NCBI RefSeq assembly: GCF_000007225.1
Contig: NC_003364.1
Span: 1,380,001 to 1,412,000 of the forward strand
Direction of reading: 5' to 3'
DNA from: Pyrobaculum aerophilum str. IM2
GTDB lineage: Archaea; Thermoproteota; Thermoprotei; Thermoproteales; Thermoproteaceae
DNA length: 32,000 bases
The position numbers and the translations under genes are program-made. This document shows, piece after piece, positions 7,006 through 15,426 of the stretch. The notes below the pieces were generated by a model. It was not told where the DNA came from. It saw only the letters and a program-made list of their open reading frames with translations, and searched no databases. Within the stretch, counting starts at the first letter, position 1; each line of letters opens with the position of its first letter.

Positions 7006-7761
7006 CTATCCCTTAAGAGTCACTTCTATTCCCTTGGCCCTAAGGAGTTCAATTATTTCTGTTCTTATAGGATTTTTTATGTTTTTTCTAAAAATAATTG
7101 TTTTTTTAATTGATATAGTATGTTTTTTCAAGATATTTTCTACTATATTTGTAGTAATATTTATATATTTGGGTACAACGTGTCCCAGATCAAATTCCCC
7201 CCTGAGCACGGAGTCGCTAATTGTGACATAGTGTAAATCCCCAATCGCCATTGTGGGAGTCGGGCCCTCGAACTCCTTGGTTAAAGCCTCTTCTAACGCC
7301 TGTGCCAAAACGCCAACCGCCCTCTTGTCTCTCCACTCAGCCTCGGTGCTGCCCACTTCTATAAATGTAGCAGACACCAGGGAAGTATTGGGCGCGTGGT
7401 GTGTAGCCTCAAAGGCGCATTCAAAAGGCTCGTACGCGTGTTTACACAAGGCTCTGAAAAGCGCCGATGCGAGGCGGGGATTAGCCACTGAGACGTCGGG
7501 CCAGCTACCGGGGGTGTGGACGGTGAACAACGGTCTTGGGTTGGACATTTCATGACGCGATATAAATATGGCGTATTTGCCGAGAGACGCCAATATATCC
7601 TCTCTATAAAACTCCGTGGGTTCGCCCTTATAAACTACTGCTGGTATCTCGCCGTACTTCCTCACTTCTATATCGCCTCTCGTCTCCACCAGCGGCATTG
7701 GGTGTAATTCGAGAAATGTCCGAGAAACTGGGTCGCCTAGAGAAAGCACTAAGACGTACAC
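7006..7761 (-). CDS. dtdA: D-aminoacyl-tRNA deacylase, archaeal DtdA (DTD2) type
   Basis: N-terminal MYVLVLSLGDPVS and FISRHEMSNPRPLFTVHTPGSW resemble the archaeal tRNA_deacylase family as I recall it. Length 251 aa. Confidence 0.7.
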   Translation of the reverse strand: MYVLVLSLGDPVSRTFLELHPMPLVETRGDIEVRKYGEIPAVVYKGEPTEFYREDILASLGKYAIFISRHEMSNPRPLFTVHTPGSWPDVSVANPRLASALFRALCKHAYEPFECAFEATHHAPNTSLVSATFIEVGSTEAEWRDKRAVGVLAQALEEALTKEFEGPTPTMAIGDLHYVTISDSVLRGEFDLGHVVPKYINITTNIVENILKKHTISIKKTIIFRKNIKNPIRTEIIELLRAKGIEVTLKG

Positions 7762-7773
7762 AACATGTAGAAG

Positions 7774-8742
7774 TTAAGGTAATAAAACAGCTCTGCCCAT
7801 TACCCTGCCCCTCTCCATATCTTCATGCGCTTTTGCGGCGTCTTGAAGTTTATATTCAACATAGAGGGGTTTTATTAAGCCGCGTTTTAATAAGTCAAGG
7901 GCCTCGTATATATCCCAAGGCCGAAATGCCATGCTACCAATTACTCTTAGCTGTCTCAATATCACAAGAGCTGGGCTGAGCAACGCCTTTTCTCCCGTTA
8001 CGTTGCCTATGACTACTACAGCGCCCGCCCTCTTTGCGAGTTTTAATGACCTCTCTAACGTGGGGGCCCCCACGGTATCTATAACCACGTCGAAGTCCTT
8101 CTCGCCTTCAGTGGCTACGCCCAAGCCCAGCTCTTTTAACACTGAAGCCTTTTCCGGCGATCTAGTCGACACGTACACCTCTGCTCCCCTCACTTTGGCC
8201 AGCTGGGCTATGTATATCCCAGTGCCCCCAGCCCCGACCACCAAGACCTTCTTTCTTTCAACGTCGATATGTTTAAGGACGTAGACGGCAGTGGAAATAG
8301 GACACGTCGCGAGAACAGCCGCTTTTGGATCAACGCCGTGAAATGGATGAGCGAATTTAGCCGGAATCACTACATACTCCCCATATGTGCCGTTTCGCAT
8401 CTCGCCGAGAAGCTCCGCATTCCGACACAAATTCTCAAATCCCCTTCTGCAGTAATCACAAGTGCCATCGTAAATGGCTGAGAGAAAGACTCTCATGCCA
8501 ATTAAATCCCTCTCCACGCCAGCGCCGACGTCTATCACTTTGCCAACTCCCTCATGGCCAGGTATAATAGGCGGTTTTACGTGGGGAAAAGCCCCCTTTC
8601 TAACCACTAGATCCCTCCCGCACACGCCAGCGGCTTCTATTTTTACAAGGACTTCGCCAGGTCCTGGCGTGGGGTCCGGAAGCTCTGTATATTGCAACGC
8701 CTCTTGGGGGGCTCCGAATTTAATTAACTGAACAGCCCTCAT
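7774..8742 (-). CDS. Zn-dependent alcohol dehydrogenase / MDR-family oxidoreductase
   Basis: GHEGVGKV catalytic-Zn motif, a structural-Zn Cys cluster (CDYCRRGFENLC) and the Rossmann motif VVGAGGTG. The start overlaps the upstream gene's stop by 4 nt. Confidence 0.85.
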   Translation of the reverse strand: MRAVQLIKFGAPQEALQYTELPDPTPGPGEVLVKIEAAGVCGRDLVVRKGAFPHVKPPIIPGHEGVGKVIDVGAGVERDLIGMRVFLSAIYDGTCDYCRRGFENLCRNAELLGEMRNGTYGEYVVIPAKFAHPFHGVDPKAAVLATCPISTAVYVLKHIDVERKKVLVVGAGGTGIYIAQLAKVRGAEVYVSTRSPEKASVLKELGLGVATEGEKDFDVVIDTVGAPTLERSLKLAKRAGAVVVIGNVTGEKALLSPALVILRQLRVIGSMAFRPWDIYEALDLLKRGLIKPLYVEYKLQDAAKAHEDMERGRVMGRAVLLP

Positions 8743-10379
8743 CTTAACACATCTTTATATTGTTCCTTTAGTATTTTCTTGTCTATTTTTCCTGTGCCTG
8801 TGAGGGGCAGTTGATTTGTAAATATTATTTTATCTGGTAGCCACCATTTTGGTATTTTCCCCGCCTCTACGAATTTCTCAAGGTGTTTAATTATGTCTTG
8901 TTCTGTGGCTGTTGCCCCTGGTTTTAATACCACCACTGCCACTGGCCTCTCGCCCCATTTCTCATGGGGTACTCCTATTACGGCGACTTGCGCCACTGCC
9001 GGGTGAGTGGAAATTAAATCTTCTAATTGGAGAGAAGATATCCACTCGCCCCCAGATTTTATCACGTCTTTAGCCCTGTCTACAATTCTCACGCGGCCGT
9101 CTGGAAGCCACACAGCCACGTCTCCAGTATGAAACCACCCCCCTCGCCAAGCCTCTTTAGTTTTTTCTAAATCCCCGAGATATTCAGGGGTGACCCAAGG
9201 AGCTCTAACAACAATCTCCCCAATACTTTTCCCATCACGAGGCACGGGGTTTAAATTCTCATCCACAACCATTAAATCAACAAGAGGAATAGGAAGACCA
9301 GTGGCAGTGAGGAGGCTGTAGTACTCATCGAGATCCCTGGGCATCTCTTCTGTATGTCTGAAGAAGCCGAGGGTTAATATTGGCGCTGTTTCCGTCATGC
9401 CGTATCCCACCCTGGGTATGAAGCCCGCCTCCGAGGCCTTTCTGGCAAGTTCTTTAGGCAAGGCAGCGCCGCCAACAGTGAAAATCGGCCTTATTTCTCT
9501 GATTTTCTCTATATATTTATGGAGGTCTGGCGCTGTGAGTAACATATATAACATTGTGGGCACGCCGGCTAGGCTCTTCACTTTCTCTTCTGCTATAAGT
9601 TTAACCACATGGTTGGGATCAAAGCGGCCGGGGTAAACCTGCCGCCAGCCTAATAACGCAAAAGTCCAGGGAGTTCCCCATCCGTGTACGTGGAACATAG
9701 GGACTAATTGTAGAAAAGTACAGAGATGTTCGGCGCACTCAGGCCTGGCAAAACCTCTATAGCCAGCAAAAGCGACGGCGCTGACAAGCGTGTGTAAAGT
9801 TAACGCTCTGTGTGTGAAGTACGCCCCCTTGGGCCTTCCAGTAGTTCCGCTAGTATATCCAATTGTGGCAACGGAGTCTTCACTAATCTCGGGGAATGGC
9901 TTTGGCTCCCCCTGTCTTATCACGTCCTCAATCTCCGGATCTCTTGTGGCGGCTCCCTGGCCGTCGGAAATTTGAATATACACCTTGACGGACTTTAAAT
10001 GAGGCTTTAACTTCTCCACTAATGGGGCAAAGTCTCTGTGGTAAATTAACGCCTTATCTTGCGCGTGATTTACAATATAGACAAGGTCCTCAGGCGCCAG
10101 CCTCACATTAAGCGGGTGTAACACAGCGCCCATTCCGGGGACGGCCCAGTATAATTCAAAATGCCATATAGTGTTCCAGTCCATCGTCGCCACTTTATCG
10201 CCTGGGCCTATTCCCAACTGCCTTAGGCTATCGGCTAGGCGGAGCGTGCGCTCGTATTCGCGTCCATAAGTAGATCGTATGTTATTGCCGTGCGGCGGCA
10301 GATAGGCCACTTCAACATCTCCAAATACTTCTTTAACATACTTCCATATGTTATTTAAAGTGAGTTGGTATTTTTCCAT
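8739..10379 (-). CDS. AMP-forming acyl-CoA synthetase / fatty-acid-CoA ligase family
   Basis: AMP-binding signature YTSGTTGRPKGA, GYGMTET, and C-terminal GKIDKK. Length 546 aa. Confidence 0.9.
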   Translation of the reverse strand: MEKYQLTLNNIWKYVKEVFGDVEVAYLPPHGNNIRSTYGREYERTLRLADSLRQLGIGPGDKVATMDWNTIWHFELYWAVPGMGAVLHPLNVRLAPEDLVYIVNHAQDKALIYHRDFAPLVEKLKPHLKSVKVYIQISDGQGAATRDPEIEDVIRQGEPKPFPEISEDSVATIGYTSGTTGRPKGAYFTHRALTLHTLVSAVAFAGYRGFARPECAEHLCTFLQLVPMFHVHGWGTPWTFALLGWRQVYPGRFDPNHVVKLIAEEKVKSLAGVPTMLYMLLTAPDLHKYIEKIREIRPIFTVGGAALPKELARKASEAGFIPRVGYGMTETAPILTLGFFRHTEEMPRDLDEYYSLLTATGLPIPLVDLMVVDENLNPVPRDGKSIGEIVVRAPWVTPEYLGDLEKTKEAWRGGWFHTGDVAVWLPDGRVRIVDRAKDVIKSGGEWISSLQLEDLISTHPAVAQVAVIGVPHEKWGERPVAVVVLKPGATATEQDIIKHLEKFVEAGKIPKWWLPDKIIFTNQLPLTGTGKIDKKILKEQYKDVLR

Positions 10380-10396
10380 GTGACGTTAAAAGTATA

Positions 10397-10406
10397 GCTT
10401 TATATC
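10397..10406 (-). promoter_or_regulatory. TATA-like box for the acyl-CoA synthetase operon
   Basis: gctttatatc (minus strand gatataaagc) lies 18-27 nt upstream of the ATG at 10379. Confidence 0.45.
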
Positions 10407-10437
10407 AATTTCTTTAGACATTAGGCTAAGGCGCTAC

Positions 10438-10446
10438 TTTTATTAA
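10438..10446 (+). promoter_or_regulatory. TATA-like box for the M20 peptidase gene
   Basis: ttttattaa lies 20-28 nt upstream of the ATG at 10466. Confidence 0.5.
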
Positions 10447-10465
10447 TCACGAACAGTGAAGGGCT

Positions 10466-11659
10466 ATGGAATCAAAAGCCGTCTCTATCTTGAGTAAATT
10501 AATTTCAATACCCACGGTTAACCCGCCGGGCGAGAAATACGCCGAATTTGTTGAATATGTTGAGAAGCTGTTTAAGACATTGGGCTTAGATACTGAAATC
10601 ATAGAGGTTCCAAAGTCTGAAGTCGCCAAGCGTTGCGCCGAATGTGCTGACTATCCAAGGCTAATTCTTCTGGCGAGGAGCGGAGAGCCGAGGATTCATT
10701 TCAACGGGCATTACGATGTCGTCCCGCCGGGGCCGTTAGAGAGCTGGAGAGTCACTATGCCCTTTGAGCCCGTGTATAGAGAGGGCAGAGTCTACGGAAG
10801 GGGCGCCGTCGATATGAAGGGAGGACTTACTTCAATAATACTGGCCGTGGAGAAGGCCGCGTCAAATGGGTTGAAAAACTTCGAGGTGTCTTTTGTCCCC
10901 GACGAGGAGACTGGCGGCGAGACTGGGGCTGGGTATTTGGCCAAATCGGGTAAGATAAAGGCGCCGTGGGTAGTTATAGCCGAGGGCTCTGGGGAGGATA
11001 ACATTTGGATTGGCCACAGGGGGCTTATTTGGTTCATGGTAGAAGTTTACGGAAAGCAGGCGCACGGGTCAACGCCGTGGTACGGGCTAAACGCCTTTGA
11101 GGGCGCGGCTTATATTGCCTACAGACTGCAAGAGTATATTAAGTCTATTTCCTCCAGGAGGAGTAATTACGAATACGACGACCCCAGAGGGGCGTCTCCC
11201 ACGGTAACAATAGGGGGCGAAGTGAGGGGCTCTGTTAAGACTAACGTAGTGCCCGGCTACTTCGCCTTTTCTGTAGACCGTAGAATTATCCCTGAGGAGG
11301 ACTTAGAACAGGTGAAAAGGGAATTTGTCGAGTTTATTGAAAAAGTGGCCAAGGAATTGCCTCATAAAGTAGAAGTGAAAATCACAAATATCTCAGAGGC
11401 CGCGTTAGTAGAGCCTAATCATCCCCTTGTTGAAGCGCTGTCTAAATCAGTAGAAGAGGTAATTGGGAAAAGGCCTAGGAAGACGGTATGTATAGGAGGG
11501 CTTGACGCCAGGTTTTTCATAAAGGCTGGGCATCCCACGGTAACCTACGGCCCGGGTCCCATAGGGCTGGCCCATGCCCCTGACGAATACGTCGAGGTGA
11601 AACAAGTAATCAACGTGGCCGAGGCGTATTACAACTTAATCAAGCGGGTCAACGCCTAG
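10466..11659 (+). CDS. M20-family metallopeptidase (ArgE/DapE/succinyl-diaminopimelate desuccinylase-like)
   Basis: HFNGHYDVVPPG, GRGAVDMKGG and PDEETGG metal-ligand motifs. TATA-like ttttattaa lies 20-28 nt upstream of the ATG. Confidence 0.85.
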   Translation: MESKAVSILSKLISIPTVNPPGEKYAEFVEYVEKLFKTLGLDTEIIEVPKSEVAKRCAECADYPRLILLARSGEPRIHFNGHYDVVPPGPLESWRVTMPFEPVYREGRVYGRGAVDMKGGLTSIILAVEKAASNGLKNFEVSFVPDEETGGETGAGYLAKSGKIKAPWVVIAEGSGEDNIWIGHRGLIWFMVEVYGKQAHGSTPWYGLNAFEGAAYIAYRLQEYIKSISSRRSNYEYDDPRGASPTVTIGGEVRGSVKTNVVPGYFAFSVDRRIIPEEDLEQVKREFVEFIEKVAKELPHKVEVKITNISEAALVEPNHPLVEALSKSVEEVIGKRPRKTVCIGGLDARFFIKAGHPTVTYGPGPIGLAHAPDEYVEVKQVINVAEAYYNLIKRVNA

Positions 11660-12473
11660 ATTTTTCAATATATCTTATTAACTCAGCCTCGGTAAGCCGG
11701 TATTGGTAAATAGGCCTCCCAATTGGCATGATGTATAACGGAGTTTCCCCATCTGGCAAGTCTAATATTTCCGCCACTTGGTCGTCGTAAAACGCGCCTA
11801 CAGCTACAGTGCCCAAGCCGAGCGCCGTTGCTTGTAAATATACGTTTTGACCCGCGTGGCCCAGGTCCATCGGCACGTAACGCACGCGCCCCCTCTCCCC
11901 ATAGACTCTGACAGTGCGGCTGTAAACAGCTGTGAAAATAAGAGAAACAGGAGCTTTCAACACCCATATCTGCTCAAGCGCGGCTTGATAAAGCGCCTCT
12001 CTGAAATCCCCCGTTTTTTTAAGCGTTAGAGTGTGGGAATGGGGATCGTAGTGGTAAACTCCCGGCTTTAAATACCCGTCGCCAGTCTTTACGCCGTGTT
12101 CTCCCACTACTACATATACCTCTAGTGGGTATTGGGCGCCGGCGCTTGGCGCAGTCCTCAGCCCATATCTAGTTTCTGAAATCCCGTAGGCGGCCCAGAG
12201 TATTTGCCCCAACTCCTCCAATGTCAAAGGCTCCTCTCTAAACTCTCTGACAGATCTCCGGTTTGCCAACGCCTCTTCTACGGAAACGACGCCTCGGAGC
12301 CTCGGATAGGGCAGTAGTACTTTCTCTACGTCGGCTCCTGTCCTTTTTCTCACGTCCGTACGTATAACATCTAAAAATATCACTCCGGAGAATATGCCGG
12401 CGGATAAGACGCCGGATATAAGCCGGCCTAGAGGCGTGATAAAGAGGAATTTTAAAAAGCCTCTTCTAATCAC
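11649..12473 (-). CDS. SagB-type dehydrogenase / nitroreductase-family flavoprotein with an N-terminal twin-arginine motif and hydrophobic anchor
   Basis: RRSVREF ... RTAPSAGAQYPLEVYVV is the SagB-type nitroreductase pattern. The N-terminus MIRRGFLKFLFITPLG matches the Tat consensus (RRxFLK) and is followed by a hydrophobic stretch. GTG start. Confidence 0.8.
   Translation of the reverse strand: MIRRGFLKFLFITPLGRLISGVLSAGIFSGVIFLDVIRTDVRKRTGADVEKVLLPYPRLRGVVSVEEALANRRSVREFREEPLTLEELGQILWAAYGISETRYGLRTAPSAGAQYPLEVYVVVGEHGVKTGDGYLKPGVYHYDPHSHTLTLKKTGDFREALYQAALEQIWVLKAPVSLIFTAVYSRTVRVYGERGRVRYVPMDLGHAGQNVYLQATALGLGTVAVGAFYDDQVAEILDLPDGETPLYIMPIGRPIYQYRLTEAELIRYIEKSRR
12451..12459 (+). promoter_or_regulatory. 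TATA-like box for the small membrane-protein gene, embedded in the divergent gene's first codons
   Basis: tttaaaaag lies 20-28 nt upstream of the ATG at 12479. On the minus strand the same bases encode the FLK of the RRGFLK Tat motif. Confidence 0.4.
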
Positions 12474-12478
12474 GTGTG

Positions 12479-12805
12479 ATGTATAAGAGAGTTGCTATAA
12501 GTGTTTTTGTGCTAGACGCCTCAGCGGTATTGCTAGCGGTATCGGGCTTTCTGTCCGCAGTCTCTGGCCTCTGCTTAGTAAAGCCCGAGCTCGTGGAAAG
12601 AGCCACGCTGGGCCTCTTTGGAGAGTACGCCGTGTGTTCAAAACTACACCTAGACTGGCCCATGTTAATCACTATTCTCACAGCGGTAATACACGGAGCG
12701 GCGGGGCTGGACGTCTGGCTTATGAGAATTGGAAAAGACGCTTGGTGGCTGTGGATCTTAGCGTTTGGCATAGCGCTCTGGTTTATATACATATACCTTA
12801 GTTAG
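12479..12805 (+). CDS. Small three-helix membrane protein (108 aa)
   Basis: Three hydrophobic helices (AISVFVLDASAVLLAVSGFLSAV; MLITILTAVIHGAAGLDVWLM; WWLWILAFGIALWFIYIYL). The antisense ORF (12466..12792) is low-complexity and rejected. TATA-like tttaaaaag lies 20-28 nt upstream of the ATG at 12479. Confidence 0.55.
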   Translation: MYKRVAISVFVLDASAVLLAVSGFLSAVSGLCLVKPELVERATLGLFGEYAVCSKLHLDWPMLITILTAVIHGAAGLDVWLMRIGKDAWWLWILAFGIALWFIYIYLS

Positions 12806-12808
12806 ACA

Positions 12809-13492
12809 GTGGGGCTAGGAGGCAATTGGCGCACTGTTCAAGAGGCATATAGGAAAATCGCTGTGGTATACGAAAAGGCCAATATGCTCGCCACTTTGGG
12901 CAATGTAGATAGGTGGCGCAAAGAGGCTATTTCCCTCTACTTTAAGCTGGACGGCAAAACGCCTATAAAAGTCCTTGACGCAGGCGCGGGGCCGGGCAAC
13001 ATGGCTCTTCACATAAAAGCGGAGAAATACGTCGTTGCACTTGACGTAACTCCCGAAATGTTGCTTTTAAACACTGTGGCTGACGATAAAGTCGTTGGCA
13101 TGTTTGAATACATGCCATTTAGAGCTAAGGGCTTTGACCTCTTAGTCGCTGGCTATTCTCTCCACGCCGCAGTAGATATTGAAAAGGCAGTGGCCGAGTT
13201 TAGCCGGGTTGCGGGGTATCAAGTGGTTGTCTCTATAGGCAATCCGGATAATGTAGTGGTGCGGAAATTATTACTTTTCTATACAAAATATGTTCTCCCA
13301 AGACTTGTATGTATAGTGGCCCCCAAAGAGATATGTAATGAGTATAAAAAGATTTATACGATTGTAAAATCTATACCCACAAACGCAATTCTCCGCGAAA
13401 TAATAAAAAAGTACGCCACAATACTTGTGTTTAAAGAAAAAGGGTTGGGGTCTGTATATCTCTATATTGCGAGGTCTCTCAACGCCTCTTAG
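12809..13492 (+). CDS. Class I SAM-dependent methyltransferase, UbiE/MenG-like
   Basis: VYEKANMLATLGNVDRWRKEAI parallels the UbiE YDxMNDxxSxGxHRxWR region. VLDAGAGPGNMA is SAM motif I. Starts 3 nt after the preceding membrane-protein gene. Confidence 0.75.
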   Translation: MGLGGNWRTVQEAYRKIAVVYEKANMLATLGNVDRWRKEAISLYFKLDGKTPIKVLDAGAGPGNMALHIKAEKYVVALDVTPEMLLLNTVADDKVVGMFEYMPFRAKGFDLLVAGYSLHAAVDIEKAVAEFSRVAGYQVVVSIGNPDNVVVRKLLLFYTKYVLPRLVCIVAPKEICNEYKKIYTIVKSIPTNAILREIIKKYATILVFKEKGLGSVYLYIARSLNAS

Positions 13493-14444
13493 GCGACCAC
13501 ACGGCTATATAATAAGGCATATACCTCAAAAACCTCCTCTCTAAGGCATATCCAGCCGCATTTAATATTTGTTCCACCCCTTTCCAGCTGAAGACGTGCT
13601 TTGCCCCCATGGCGGCGACAATGGCCACGAGGCCAGGGGTGGATTCCACCACTTGCTGGCCTATTAGGAGCTTACCTCCATGTGAGAAAATAGACTTAAT
13701 ACAAAACAGCTCTTTTACGGGATCTAACAGCCAGTATAAAGTGTGGAACATTAGCACGGAGTCGACGCCGTTTGGTACGTGGCGAATAGCGATTTTCACA
13801 GCGTCACACGCCGTTGGGGCTAAGAATAAACACACCTCGCCCCCGCACTCATTAGGCTTAACGTTTAGAGCACTGGCGGCCAGCTCTATATTGTCCCTCC
13901 TGTAGTCAAAACCTATATAGAGCCTGGGTTTGTGCATTTCCAAAACAGCCATGGCCACTTGCCCCTCTTTTACAATAGGCTCAAATATAGTTTGGTATTT
14001 TTCTATTTCCATAAGCCGGAGAAAGGTCTGTCTCAATATTTTATACCATCCCTGGCTTAACATAGTTGAATATAATATGGCTAGGGTATTCTCGTCGGCT
14101 TTATTAGAGGCCACATTAACGGCTCCTACTCTATCAAAAGACTCGTGGAGCTCAACGAATTCAATGGCGTAGCTATTAGTGGGATATTCCGGCTTTTCCG
14201 GCCTTTTCTTAATGTGGCCATCCTCTTTGATATACCCCCTGAGTCTCAGCGAGATGAATAAGGCTCTTGCAAAGACGCTTTGTCTAATCGCAGAAAGGCC
14301 CAATTCGTTAAACACCTCATCCCACCACTTAACGGCATACCACTCACTCCACTCAAGCGCCTTTTTCACTTGCCTCACCCCACCGCCCGCCTCTATAAAG
14401 GGCTTGTAGTAGCGGAGGACGTTTACCTCCTCCAAGAGCCTCAT
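13479..14444 (-). CDS. Hypothetical protein with a C-terminal methyltransferase-like fold that lacks the glycine-rich SAM loop
   Basis: The ATG at 14444 forms an ATGA overlap with the upstream stop (the ORF-track GTG at 14450 is the alternative). YIGFDYRRDNIELAA, VDSVLMFHTLYWLLDP and SHGGKLLIG resemble class I MTase motifs II, IV and post-V. The motif I position reads VLEMHKP instead of GxGxG. Confidence 0.6.
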   Translation of the reverse strand: MRLLEEVNVLRYYKPFIEAGGGVRQVKKALEWSEWYAVKWWDEVFNELGLSAIRQSVFARALFISLRLRGYIKEDGHIKKRPEKPEYPTNSYAIEFVELHESFDRVGAVNVASNKADENTLAILYSTMLSQGWYKILRQTFLRLMEIEKYQTIFEPIVKEGQVAMAVLEMHKPRLYIGFDYRRDNIELAASALNVKPNECGGEVCLFLAPTACDAVKIAIRHVPNGVDSVLMFHTLYWLLDPVKELFCIKSIFSHGGKLLIGQQVVESTPGLVAIVAAMGAKHVFSWKGVEQILNAAGYALERRFLRYMPYYIAVWSPKRR

Positions 14445-14749
14445 GTGCACACCACAACTCCTGCCTCTTTCAACCTCCTCATCAACGTCTGTAAATCTGG
14501 CGGCACCTTTCCGCTTTGTATGACCTCCAGAACTGCTTGTTGCGTCGACTGGGGGAGAAGGGAGAACCTCTCCCAGTCTCTAATTTCGCAGTCTAGCACA
14601 AAATCATTAAGCATAATTGTGAAGGCGTGCCCGTTGGGGCACGTGACCTCGGCCTCGCCCCCCGCAGAGGACTTAATTGAGGGGATAAATTCAACGCCGC
14701 AGAAAGGACACTTGACCTTGTTGGCGAGTCTGTACACGCGGGATTGCAT
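14441..14749 (-). CDS. Zinc-ribbon protein (102 aa)
   Basis: CPFCG-x19-CPNGH (CxxC ... CxxxH) metal-binding arrangement near the N-terminus, with a helical C-terminal half. Coupled to the downstream gene by an ATGA overlap. Confidence 0.6.
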   Translation of the reverse strand: MQSRVYRLANKVKCPFCGVEFIPSIKSSAGGEAEVTCPNGHAFTIMLNDFVLDCEIRDWERFSLLPQSTQQAVLEVIQSGKVPPDLQTLMRRLKEAGVVVCT

Positions 14750-14790
14750 ATTATACTATTTATTTAGTCTGTTGGTGGTTCCTTTATATA

Positions 14791-15426
14791 CTAAAAAGCT
14801 AATTTATAGGTATTGTAAAGATAGTCCGGTTTGTATAAATCAAAATTTATAGAGCTCAAGTGTCCCTCACCTGTGGCGACAGAGGTATACCTACCTCCCA
14901 GCCGCCTAGTTTCACATATTGCGCTTTCAACCGCCTCGTCTATATACTCTTCTGAGGCAATCCACAAGTAATCAATGTTGAAATTCCACTTGTTGAGATA
15001 GACTAGGTATTTGTGCCCAGACGCGTCAGATGATATCACGATGTGGTCAGGACCTGGTTCCGGATGACCTTCAGTGGGTTTTTCAATATGTATGCCTGAG
15101 GCGCAGGGCCTTGACGTTGAGTAGATATATAGCGCTCCCCGTTGTTGGTATAAATCCTTCTCTATGACGTGGGGAGTGAGCAAGATCTTCGTGCCGCGTA
15201 GAGGCACTAAAAAATCTAGTTTACGTATTTTTTTCAAAATCGCAATGTATGCCTCCTCTAACCGGGGCCTCTCTGAAGCCCAGCGCACCTTTATCACACA
15301 CCCTTCAGGTATTTTGTATAGAGGTAGTAGTTCCACAAGCGGCTTAGCCCAGAAAAGCCTAAGTCTCCCGAGGTGGCGGTACCAAATTGTGAATTCGTCA
15401 GGTGTGAACGGATCTAGGCAAACCAT
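14791..15426 (-). CDS. Hypothetical protein (211 aa)
   Basis: The ATG at 15426 forms TAATG with the upstream gene's stop. Composition is ordinary for a globular protein. No family recognised. Confidence 0.6.
   Translation of the reverse strand: MVCLDPFTPDEFTIWYRHLGRLRLFWAKPLVELLPLYKIPEGCVIKVRWASERPRLEEAYIAILKKIRKLDFLVPLRGTKILLTPHVIEKDLYQQRGALYIYSTSRPCASGIHIEKPTEGHPEPGPDHIVISSDASGHKYLVYLNKWNFNIDYLWIASEEYIDEAVESAICETRRLGGRYTSVATGEGHLSSINFDLYKPDYLYNTYKLAF

Noticed and set aside
7006-10379. The acyl-CoA synthetase / Zn-ADH / DtdA co-directional operon, considered as a possible novel pathway.
   Set aside because: All three are common, individually well-understood families. The tight spacing (a 4-nt overlap and a 12-nt gap) is the norm in this window. 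No sequence feature suggests more than incidental operon packing.
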